NCBI GenBank assembly: GCA_963707915.1
Contig: OY970178.1
Location: 2,688,001-2,752,000, forward strand
Direction of reading: 5' to 3'
DNA from: Candidatus Eiseniibacteriota bacterium
GTDB taxonomy: Bacteria; Eisenbacteria; RBG-16-71-46
Length of the DNA stretch: 64,000 nucleotides
Of the stretch, positions 40,898 to 51,347 are shown piece by piece. Both the position numbers and the translations under genes were made by a program. Position 1 is the stretch's first letter, and every line of letters starts with the position of its first letter. The notes under the pieces were generated by a model. That model saw only the letters and a program-made list of their open reading frames with translations, was not told the origin of the DNA and ran no database searches.

Positions 40898-41920
40898 TCA
40901 GCCACGCCGGGCCACCCCGGGCTTCGCGGCCCCCGGCTCCCGCACCAGCACCCACGCGACCCCGCACGCCAGGGCGAGCAGCAGCCCGAGCGCGGCCAGG
41001 ACGCTGCGTCGCGGCGAGCTGCGGAAGGCCGGCGGCACGGCAGGGTCCAGCACGTTGATGACCGGCACGTTCTTCTGCTCCTCCACGCGCGCGATCTCGT
41101 ACTGGCGCGTGAGCGTGAGCATGATCTCCTCCTGGGTGCGCGTCTCGCGCGCCAGGCGCGCCTCCTCGGTGAGCAGGCGCGGCGAGCTGCCGCGCAGGTT
41201 GTTCTCGCGGAACGCGCGCAGGGCGTCCTCCGCCCGGGCCAGGTCGCGCCGGGCCTCCGCCACGCGCGCCTCGATGAAGCGGCGGTTCGCGCCGGCCTGG
41301 GTGTTCATCGAGTGCACGACGATGTCCTGGAGCTCCGCGCACACCGCGGTCGCGACCGCCGCGGCGAGGACCGGATCGTCCAGGCTCACGCGCACGGTGA
41401 GGATGCTGGTGCGCCGGTCGAGGGCCGGGTCCACGCGCCGCCGCAGCTTGCGCACCCCGACGGTCGAGGCGCCGGGCCGCCGGGGCGGGGCGGGTCAGCC
41501 GGTCCAGCAGCACGCACCGTGCGGTTCCGCGCGGTCGGGAAGCGCTGCCCGAGCACGCGCGTGAGCAGCTGGCGGCTGCGCACGATCTCGGGGTAGGTGC
41601 TGACCCCGCTCGTGCTGGCCGCCAGGCGCAGGCCGAACTGCTGCTCCATCATGCCGAGCTGGGGGACAGGGATGCCCAGGTCGCTGCTCTGCGCCTCCAT
41701 CAGCGTCACGCTCGCCACGTACACCGGCGGCAGCAGGAAGGAGAGCGCGAACGCGGCCACGGCCCCGCCGACGGCCAGCGGCCGCCAGCCGCCGGCGGTG
41801 CGGCCGGAGCCGCGCCGGCGCCCGCGCCAGTCGAACCCGGCGCCCGGCTCGCTCGTCGAGCACGAGCAGCGTGCGGCCCGGGGCCGCGGCGGCCGCGGCG
41901 TCGCCGGCGGGCGCGCTCAC
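40898..41920 (-). pseudogene. Wzz/GNVR-type chain-length determinant, frameshifted
   Basis: SFLLPPVYVASVTLM, YPEIVRSR, AEDALRAFRENN, QYEIARVEE...INVLDPAVPP..RSSPRR followed by a TM segment; no tyrosine-kinase domain. Confidence 0.75.
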
Positions 41921-44269
41921 TTCGACCCCCTGGCTGACGAGGTAGACGGTGGTCGCGGCGCTCGCCAGGATGCCCATCAGGGTCGCGACGTCCTTGAGGT
42001 GGTCCTTGCTGCTCCGGTGGGCGGCCGCGCGGGCACCAGCACGCGGCTGCCCGGGCCCGGCGTGCCGCCCTTCTGCACGCTCGCCGTTCGCCTGGACGAC
42101 CACCGTGCGGCGCTTGTCCGCGTCCGTGGCGGAAGCCGTTCGCCTGCGTGACGTAGTAGCCCACGCCCGCGCCCGCGCGGTAGAGCGCGGTCACCGGGTT
42201 GAACACCGCGCCCTCGATGGTCACGGTCGGCTGCGAAGCGCGGCACCGTGAGCACGTCGCTGGACTGCGAGCACCAGGTTCGACGGGCTGCGCGGGTCGC
42301 GCAGCACCGCGGGCAGGTCGATCCCGAGGCGCTCGGCGCCCGTGCGCGAGAAGCTGGCGCCGGGCGCGTAGGCGAGCTCGGTGAGCCCGCCCGCGCGCTT
42401 CACCAGGTCGGAGATGCGCTCGTCGCGGCGCGTGAGCGCGTAGCGCCCGGGGAAGCGGACCTCGCCGTCCACGCTCACGAACACCTGCTCGCGGTAACTC
42501 CGGGTCGCGGCGCACGAACACCGCGTCCCAGCGCTCGAGCGCGAACGACGAGGCCCGCGAGTCGGCCGAGAGCGTGCGCTCGAGCGGCACCCGCAGCGTG
42601 TCCGCGATGCGCAGGCCCTGCGCCCGCAGGACCACGCGCGCGAGCTCGGCCGACAGGGCGAGGGCGTCGTCCGTGAGGCCGCCCGCCTGGAACACGAGGT
42701 CCGCGAGCGTCATGCCCTCGAGGTACTCGTACTCGCCCGGGCGGCGCACCAGGCCGTCGATGCGTGACGCGCCCGCGCTCCTCGACGTCCCACTTCGAGA
42801 GCACGCCGAGCTCGTCGAGCGGCTCGAGCGCGATGTCGTCCGCCGGGATCGCCGGCGAGCGCGCGCGACAGGTCCACGCGGAGCACCGAGCGCGTGCGGT
42901 CGGCGGCGGTGCGCGTCACCTGCGCGCGGCCCAGGAAGGCCTCGGGCTTGAGCCCGCCCGCCAGCTCCACCAGGTCGCGCAGCCGCAGGCCCGGTCGGTA
43001 CTCGTAGACGCCGGGCTTGAGCACGCTCGCGCCCGAGATCGTGACGGTGTTGCGCCGTTCCTGCCCGATCGGGTACGCGACCAGCTCGTCGGCGTCGCAC
43101 AGCGGCACGTCGCCGCCGCGCCCCTGCGCCGCGCCGGCGAGCGAGACGTCGAGGGCGAGGCGGTCCTGCCCGTGCAGGCTGTCGCGCAGGGCCGGCGGCA
43201 CCACGCGGGTGATCTGGGCGCGCGACAGGTCGGCGTCGGCCAGCGGTCCGCCCGCCATCTGGAGCAGCGCGGTCAGGTTCTCGCCGTCCTTGAGCTCGAA
43301 GAGCCGTTGCGGCGCAGCGGGCCGCTCACCTTCACGCGCCGGCCGACCGGCGGCACGAAGATGACGTCGCCGTTCTGCAGGCGGGTCTCGTCCGCGGCGT
43401 CGCCCGTGAGCAGCAGCCGGTAGAGGTCCACGTGCGCGACGACCTGCCCGCCGCGGATCACGCGCACGTCGCGCAGCGAGCCCGGGCGGGTCGCGCCGCC
43501 CGCGACGTACAGGGCGTTGAGCACGCGCGAGACCGAGCTGACCGTGTAGCCGCCCGGCCTGACCACCTCGCCGAGCAGGAACACCTGGATCGAGCGCAGC
43601 TTGCCGAGCGAGATGTCGAGCGAGATCGTCGAGCCCGGCCCGTCGGGACGCAGTCCGGCGTAGATGCGGGCGAGGACCGCGCGGATGCGCGAGCGCGCGC
43701 CCTCGAGCGTGAGCCCGTTGACCGGGATCGTGCCCACGTCCGGCAGGACGACCGCGCCCTCGCGGTTCACCGTCGCGGTGAGCGCGAGCTGCGCGTCGCC
43801 CCACATCGTGAGGACCAGCTCGTCGCCCGGGCCGACGGGGTAGTCCTGGTCCACCGGACCGTAGGCGAGCGGCTCGAAGGTCGTGGGCGAGTAGCGGAAG
43901 ACCTCGTACCCGAAGGGCTGCGAGTCGTCCGGCGGCGCCGGGACGGGCGCGGGTCGGGTGCTTCGCGTCCGTGGGCGCGAGCGCCTTCAGCGCCGCCGCG
44001 GAGAGGGCGCGGTCGCGGCGGCGCGTGCCCGTCGGGCGCCTGCCCCGCCGCGCGCAGCTGCTCGGGCGAGTAGCCGAGCTGTCGCGCGAGCCGCTGGATC
44101 TCCTCCGGGCTGCGGTCCCGGCCCGGCGACGGAACCGCGCGAATGAAGAGGGGGCAGGCAGGACCAGGGGCACCAGCATCGCGACCGCGATCATCGAGGA
44201 CCCGGCCCGACGCGGGGCCGGGGTCTGGCGTCGAGGGTTGCTTCGGACCCGATCCGTTGACTCGATCAT
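41917..44269 (-). pseudogene. SLBB-repeat polysaccharide export protein (KpsD/Wza-like), many frameshifts
   Basis: PFGYEVF...GPVDQDYPVGPGDEL...WG, VFLLGEVVRPGGY, LQNGDVIFVP, repeated G.V..PG.Y SLBB units, C-terminal helix KDVATLMGILASAATTVYL. Confidence 0.8.
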
Positions 44270-44528
44270 TCACCGTCCATTGGCATGGGGTGAAGGCGGA
44301 CAACTCGGAGATGTCGGCTCTGCGGGATGTGGAAGCGGGTCCGATTGCCCAACACGCTCTCGGTGGTCGGTGGCTGCATCGCCCCGGTGCGTGCAAACTG
44401 CATGCGTAGACATACTCGTTCTGCTTCAGCGGACCGGTGCGCGGCGCGGCGCTCCGCGGGGCGCCGCCCGCCGGACGCGGGAGCTTCGCTCGCCGCGGGC
44501 GCGGAGCAAGAATGCGTAGGTCTACTCA

Positions 44529-44555
44529 TCAAGCGGGAGGTGCCCCGGCCGATAC
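44529..44555 (+). promoter_or_regulatory. sigma28 (FliA/SigD)-type promoter upstream of hybrid kinase 1
   Basis: TCAAG-N14-GCCGATAC, about 100 bp upstream of ATG 44658. Confidence 0.6.
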
Positions 44556-44657
44556 CACCACCACGAAGTCGCTGTCCGTCGGACGGCGAGCCTGCGGGGT
44601 GGACGTCGTGACCCCGTCTCCACGAAGTCCCGCGCACCTCCTGGGTGGAACCGAGCC

Positions 44658-47000
44658 ATGGGCGACCTGTCGAGGACGGAACGAAGGCGGCGCTGGCTGT
44701 GGACGCTCGCCGCCACGCTGCTGGTCGGGATGGTCTCCGAGGTGGCGATCATCGGTTCCTACGGGACCGAGCGGACGCCGGTCGTGTTCCTTCCGCACGC
44801 GACCTACGGGCTCGTCCTGGCCGGGCTCATGGTCCTGGTCCTGCTCTTCGTCCTCTACGCCTCGCAGAGCCTGCGCGCGCTCGCGACGGAGGAGAACGAG
44901 AGCCAGCGTCTGGCGATGCGCGAGGCGGTGATCCACGAACGGCTGACCGGCGTCTCCGACCTGCTCGACATCACGGTCCAGCTCGCGCAGAAGCCGGATC
45001 TCCGCGGCACGCTCACGCTGGCGGTGAACCGGGCGCTTCCCTGCTTCGAGGCGGACTACGCGTCGGTCCTGTTGTTCATCCCGGGCACCGGCCAGCTCGA
45101 GATCCTCGTCTCGGTGGGGGGGGGGCCGAGTTCGCGGAAGCCCAGTCGATCCGCCCCGGTGAGGGGCTGGTCGGGAGCGTCTACTCCACCGGCGAGGCCC
45201 AGACCGCGGACCGGCCGCAGGCCTGTGCTCGCCTGGAGGAGGAGTTGGGGTGGAGCTCGACCCCTTGTTCCGCGCTGTGCGTGCCGATCTGCTTCGACGG
45301 CGCCGCCCTCGGCGTGTTCTGCGTCGCCCGCATGACCTTCGACGAGCCATTCGCACCCATGCACGCCCGCGCGCTCCAGGTGCTGGCCACTCACTGCGGG
45401 GTGTCGATCTTCCGGAGTCTCCACGAGCGCCGCATCCAGACCGAGCGCGGGGAGGCGCAGGCGGCGTTGCTCGACAGCGAGAAGCGTTACCGCCGGTTCT
45501 TCGAGCACAACATCGCCGGCACGTACATCTCGACGCCGGTCGGCCGGATCCTGGACTGCAACACCGCGTTCGCGCGCATGCTGGGGCTGGCGTCGGTCGA
45601 GGAGGCGCTCTCCGCCGACGTCGCGTCGCTCTACCCGGACGCCGACGCCCACCAGACCTTCCTCGAGCAGCTTCGTGCGCAGCGCAGCGTGGACCGTCGC
45701 GAGAGCGTGCTGCGCCGGGCCGACGGCGAGTCGATCCACGTGATCGAGACGGCGGTCGGCATGTTCGGCCCGCAGGGCGACCTGATGGAGATCCACGGCT
45801 ATGTCATCGACGACACGGAGCGGCGGCGGGCCCGCGAGCAGCTCCGTCTTTCGCAGAAGATGGAGGCGATCGGGCGGCTGACCGGCGGGATCGCGCACAC
45901 CTTCAACAACATGCTCACCGCCATCATGGGCAGCGCCGACATGATCCTGGCCCGGGTCGGGGAGGATCACCCGGCGCATTCGAAGGCGGATGGCATCAAG
46001 AAGGCCGCGGCGCGGGCAGCCACCCTGACGCGGCAACTGCTGGCCTTCAGCCGGCAACAGGCGCTCCAGCCCAAGGTGCTCGACCTCGGCGTCGTCGTCG
46101 CGGAGATGGAGGACATGCTGAGGCAGGTGCTGGGCGCGGGCATCGAGATCACCGTCGTGCCGGGCAGCGCGCTGGGCAGGGTGAAGGCCGACCCGGGGCA
46201 GATCCAGCAGATCCTCCTCAACCTCGCCCTCAACGCGCGGGACGCCATGCCGGACGGTGGCCGGCTCACGATCGAGACCGCCAACGTGGATCTCGACGAC
46301 GCGTACGCGATCGGCAGGGACTGGGCGATCGAGCCGGGTCCCTACGTGCGGCTCGCGGTCACCGACACCGGCTGCGGCATGGATGCGGAAACGCAGACCC
46401 ATGCCTTCGAGCCGTTCTTCACCACCAAGAGCATGGACAAGGCCAGCGGGCTCGGGCTCTCGACCGTCTACGGCATCATCAAGCAGAGCGGCGGCCACAT
46501 CGACCTCGAGAGCGAGCCGGGCCGGGGGACATCGATCAAGATCCACCTCCCCCGGGTGGCGGCGGTCGTGGTGTCGTTCGGCGACGTTCCGTGTCGCGCC
46601 GGCGGCGGCAGAGGGGGAGGGACCGTGCTCGTCGTCGACGACGAGGACCTGGTGCGCGCGGTCATCCGCGACACGCTGCTCGAATAGCGGTTTCCAGGTG
46701 CTGGACGCGAAGAGCGCCGGGGAGGCGGTCGTGCTCTCGACCGGCCACCCCGGCCCGATCGACCTGCTGGTGACCGACCTGGTGATGCCGGGCCGCGGCG
46801 GGCACGAGCTCGTGACCCGGCTGGCGACGCAGCGTCCCGACATGGCGGTGCTCTGCATCTCGGGCTACGTGAACCCGGCCGTCGTCGCGGTGGGCGGCCT
46901 GGATCCCGACATCCCGTTCCTCCAGAAGCCCTTCACGCCGGAGGTCCTCCTGCGCAAGGTGCGCGAGACCCTCGACGAACCCCGGCGCAAGGCCGCCTGA
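44658..47000 (+). CDS. Hybrid sensor kinase (2TM-GAF-PAS-HisKA-HATPase-REC), frameshifts at the G10 tract 45116-45125 and near 46684
   Basis: QKMEAIGRLTGGIAHTFNNML, QILLNLALNARDAM, VTDTGCGMD, FEPFFTTK, VLVVDDE, TDLVMP, FLQKPF distributed over three frames. Confidence 0.85.
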
Positions 47001-47010
47001 GTCCGCCGCC

Positions 47011-49886
47011 ATGCGTCGCCCCACGCCAGGATCGAGTGAAGCGGCCCGCCCGGCTCCGCCCCCCCGGGGCGAATCGGAGGGGGCGCGGTCCGACGGTGAG
47101 CGGCCGGCTGCCGGGCCGTGGCCCGCCGCCGGCGTTCGGCAGGAGACCGGGAGCCTGCACGGGAACGACGACGGCGAGACCGGGGAACTCGCGCCCCCCC
47201 GGCGCCTGGAACAGAACGTGACCCGCGGCGAACTGCCCCGGCTCGACGCCGTCGGGATGCGGGCGGACCCACCCACCGCGAGACTGGCGGACGTGCTGGA
47301 GGCATCGGCAGACGGCATCCTGCTCGTGGACGGTCAGGGTGAAGTCGTCTACGCCAACCGGCGTTTCGCCGAACTGTGGGGCATCCCCGAGGATCGGCTG
47401 GTGGCGGAAGGTCCCGGGAACGCCCTCTGCATGGTCTCGGAGCGGGTCGTGGATCCCGGCGAGTTCCGCGCCAGGGTCGATCACCTTCTCCGGCACCCCG
47501 AGGCGTCGTGTCGCGACGAGGTCCTGCTGAAGGACGGCAGGGTCTTCGACTGTTACGCGGTGCCGGCCCGCGACGCGGGCGGGGGACGCCCGGAGCGCGT
47601 CTGGTCCTTCCACGACATCACCCGGCGCATCCGGGCCGAGGCGGAACTCCGGGGCTCCCACGAGTTCCTCGACGCGATCATCAACAGCATCGCCGATCCG
47701 GTCTTCGTGAAGGACCAGGCGCACCGGTTCGCGCTGGTCAATGCCGCGTTCTGCGCCCTGCTCGGGCGGGGCCGCGAGTCGATCGAAGGCGCGACCGACG
47801 CGGACTTCTTCCCCGCCGAGCAGGTGGCGGTGTTCCTGCGGCAGGACGCCCTCGTGTTCGAGACCGGAGTGCCCGACGTCCACGAGGAGTCCATCACCTG
47901 GGCCGACGGCAAGACCCACACGATCGTCACCAAGAAGACCCTCTACACCGACCGGGCGGCCCGGAAGTTCATCGTGGGCGTGCTTCGCGACATCACCCGG
48001 GACAAGCTGGCGGAGGAGGCGCTCGGCACGTCCGAACGGAACTTCAGGGCCATCTTCGACGGCGCGGCCAGCGGGATGCTGCTGCTCGACCTGGAAGCCG
48101 GGAGATTCGTCGGGTGCAACCCGGCGTTCTCGAAGATGCTCGGCTTCACGGCGGAGGAACTCCGGTCCATGGGTGTCGGTGACCTCCACACGCCGGAGGA
48201 CCTGCCCCTCGTCCTGGAGCAACTTGGAGCGTTCGTCCGTGGAGAACAGGGCGTTCGAAGCGAGATGAGATTCAGACGGAAGGACGGAGCCACCTTCTTC
48301 GCGGATCTCCATCCGACCCTGATCGCGTTGGGCGGGAGGAAGACCGTCCTCGCGACCATCAACGACGTCTCGGCGCGCAGGCAGGCGGCGGAGCAGGCCC
48401 TCCGATTGATGGCCGCCGTCGAACACGCGGCCGACGACATCATCGTGCTCGGTCTGGACGGTCTCATCACCTACACGAACCCGGCGTTCGAGCGGACCAC
48501 CGGGTTCTCGGCAGGAGAGGCCGCGGGCCGGGACATCAACGACCTCCTGTGCCGGGACCTCGAGGGAGCCAGGGTCCCCGAGATCTGGGAGAGGATCCGG
48601 GCGGGGGGGAACTGGAACGGCCGCTTCCTCAACCGGACCAAGGATGGCCGCCTGATCCACCTCGACGGGGCCGTCTCGGCCATCCTGGACTCGTCGGGAG
48701 CGATCGTCGGCTACCTGTCGGTCCGCCGCGATGTCACGGCCCTGCTGGAGATGGAGGCGCACGCGGTCCAGGCCGACAAGATGGAAGCCATCGGGACGCT
48801 GGCGGGGGGATCGCGCACGACTTCAACAACATCCTGAGCGCGATCGTCGGCTACACGCAGATGGCGCTGAAGAAGTCCGGTGACCATCCCTCCGTGCGGC
48901 ACGATCTCGAGGTCGTCCTCCAGGGGGCGACCCGCGCGTCCACGCTGGTCAGGCAGATCCTGGCGTTCAGCCGCAAGACCGAGCGCGAGGTGCGGCCCAT
49001 CCGGATGGAATCGATCGTGAACGAGGCGATGCGGTTCCTGCGGGCGAGCATCCCGTCCACCATCGTGATCCACACCGACGTCAAGTCCACCGCCGTGGTC
49101 GCGGCCGATCCGACCGAGATCCACCGGATCATCATCAACCTCTGCACGAACGCCGCCATGGCCATGAATGCGGGCGGAGGCGTCCTGGACGTCGGTCTCG
49201 CCGACGTCGACCTCGACGCCTCGTCCACCGCCCTCCGCTCCGGCATGGCTCCGGGGCGATTCGTCCGGCTCCGCGTTCGCGACACCGGTCACGGCATGAC
49301 CGCCGAGGTGATCAAGCGGATGTTCGAGCCCTTCTTCACCACGCGGCCCGCGGGGACGGGCACCGGCATGGGGCTCGCCGTGGTGCGCGGGATCGTCACC
49401 AGCCTCCACGGCGGAGTCACGGTGGCGAGCGAACCGGGCAAGGGCACGACCTTCGACGTCCACCTGCCCGTGACCGATCGGGCCGCCCCCGCCGCCGCGG
49501 GTCCGCTCGAGGAGATCCGCACCGGCACGGAGCGCGTGCTGGTCGTGGACGACGACGTCCTGGTCCTCGAAACGATCGTGGACATGCTGCTCGAGCTCGG
49601 CTACGAAGTCCGCTCCGAGCGGGACGGCGCCGCCGCCCTTGCCACGTTCGAGGCGGGCCCCGACCGGTTCGACGTGGTGGTCACGGACCTGACCATGCCG
49701 GGGATGACGGGAAGGGTCCTGGCGAAGCGCCTGAAGGCCTGTCGCCCCGACATCCCGGTCATCCTGTGCTCGGGCAACAACGAGGTCGGCTCCCCGGAGA
49801 CGGACAGGGCACAGGGGATCGATGGGGTCCTGGACAAGCCGATCCTCATGCTCGACCTCGCGAAGCTCATGCGAACGGTTCTCTGA
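47011..49886 (+). CDS. Hybrid sensor kinase (4 PAS-HisKA-HATPase-REC), frameshift at G6 48804-48809; start may be 47218 or 47257
   Basis: Four PAS units; KMEAIGTLAG|GIAHDFNNIL; NLCTNA; DTGHGM; GTGMGL; VLVVDDD; TDLTMP; DKP. Confidence 0.85.
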
Positions 49887-49935
49887 CGGAGAGGACGCGC
49901 GGGAGTGGTGATGCTCCCCGCAGGAGGGTCATCCG

Positions 49936-51126
49936 ATGAAGGAATCCACGACCGGCCGCGGGCCCGGTACGGCGTTCGCCCGGCCGGAGCGGGAGAGCGC
50001 CGAGGCCGTGCAGGAACAGCGTCGCAGGTTCGTCGCCAACCCGCTCGCGGCCTCGATGCTCGACGCCATGCCGGGGCCCGCGCTCGTCCTCAATTCGATG
50101 CGCCAGGTCGTGGCCGCCAACCCGACGTTCCTCGCGGTGGTCGGTGCGGGCGACGCCGGTGCCGTCCTGGCGAGGCGTCCGGGCGAGGTCCTGAACTGCA
50201 TCCACGCGGCGGAGCGGCCGGGCGGTTGCGGCACGAGCACGGCCTGTTCGGCGTGCGGCGCGGTGCACGCCTTCCTCGCCGCCATGAGCACGCGCGCGGA
50301 CGTCGTCGAGGAGGTCCGCATCCGCACCTCCGGGGGCCCGGACGGTGGCGCGCTCGACTTCCGCGTCAAGGCCACCTTCCTCTCGGTGGACGATGAGGAA
50401 CTGGTGGTCGTCGCCCTGCAGGACATCAGCGACGAGAAGCGCCGGCAGGTCCTCGAGCGCGTTTTCTTCCACGACGTGCTCAACACCTGCGGCGGCGTGC
50501 ACGGCCTGGCCGAGCTGCTGCTCGTGGAGGAACTCACCGCGGAGAAGGAACGGCGCTTCAAGCACGAGGTCCACCGGCTCACGGGGGCGCTGATCGACGA
50601 GATCACGGGGCATCGCCAGATGCTGGCGGCCGAGCGCGGTCGCCTGGACGTGGAGCTCGAGGACGTTTCGTCCCGGGACCTGCTCGAGGACGTGATCGGC
50701 CTCTACGGACATCACCAGGTCGCGGCGGGGCGCGGACTGCGGTGTGCCCCCCGCGAGGCCGTCCGGCTGCGCACGGACCCGGCGCTCCTGCGCCGCGTGC
50801 TCGGAAACCTGGTCAAGAACGCGCTCGAGGCCACACCGGTGGGCGGGACCGTCACGGTCTCCTCCGGAATCGAGGGCGACGGAGTGCGCTTCGAGGTGCA
50901 CAATCCGGGCGTCATGCCGGAGCGCGTCCAGTTGCAGATGTTCCAGAGGTCGTTCAGCACCAAGGGGGGCGAGGGCCGCGGCATCGGGACCTACAGCGTG
51001 AAGCTGCTCGGCGAGCGATTCCTCGGCGGTCGCGTGGGCTTCACGAGCGGCGGGGCCGCGGGCACCGTCTTCGCGATCACGCTGCCGCGGGCCGGTCCCG
51101 CACGGGACGTCTTCCGGGCCGCCTGA
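49936..51126 (+). CDS. Sensor histidine kinase with Cys-rich PAS-like input domain
   Basis: FFHDVLN H-box, NLVKNALEA, FQRSFSTKG.EGRGIGTYS; GGAGG RBS. Confidence 0.88.
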   Translation: MKESTTGRGPGTAFARPERESAEAVQEQRRRFVANPLAASMLDAMPGPALVLNSMRQVVAANPTFLAVVGAGDAGAVLARRPGEVLNCIHAAERPGGCGTSTACSACGAVHAFLAAMSTRADVVEEVRIRTSGGPDGGALDFRVKATFLSVDDEELVVVALQDISDEKRRQVLERVFFHDVLNTCGGVHGLAELLLVEELTAEKERRFKHEVHRLTGALIDEITGHRQMLAAERGRLDVELEDVSSRDLLEDVIGLYGHHQVAAGRGLRCAPREAVRLRTDPALLRRVLGNLVKNALEATPVGGTVTVSSGIEGDGVRFEVHNPGVMPERVQLQMFQRSFSTKGGEGRGIGTYSVKLLGERFLGGRVGFTSGGAAGTVFAITLPRAGPARDVFRAA

Positions 51127-51347
51127 CGACCCGCAGGACCCCCGGCCGCGTTCCGGGCCGCGAACGGCTCCCCCGCTGGTTCGCGCGGATGCCGCTCCGG
51201 TCAGGCCACGACGTACGCTGGGCCGAGCGGCGCGGACACCGGGGCCGTTTTCGGGGATGCTGGTGGCTGCCGGCGCGTGTCGGCGGCCGACCCGGCGCGG
51301 GTCCGCGGCGGCCCGGCGATTCCCCTCCACCCCCGAGGGCCCATTCC

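Noticed and set aside
44393..44408. sigma54-like site for the polysaccharide operon (minus strand ACGCATG-N4-TTGC)
   Set aside because: The invariant GG at -24 is missing.
32369..51347. Integrase-mobilised island or prophage
   Set aside because: No integrase, transposase, tRNA target, phage genes or obvious att direct repeats were seen at the boundaries.
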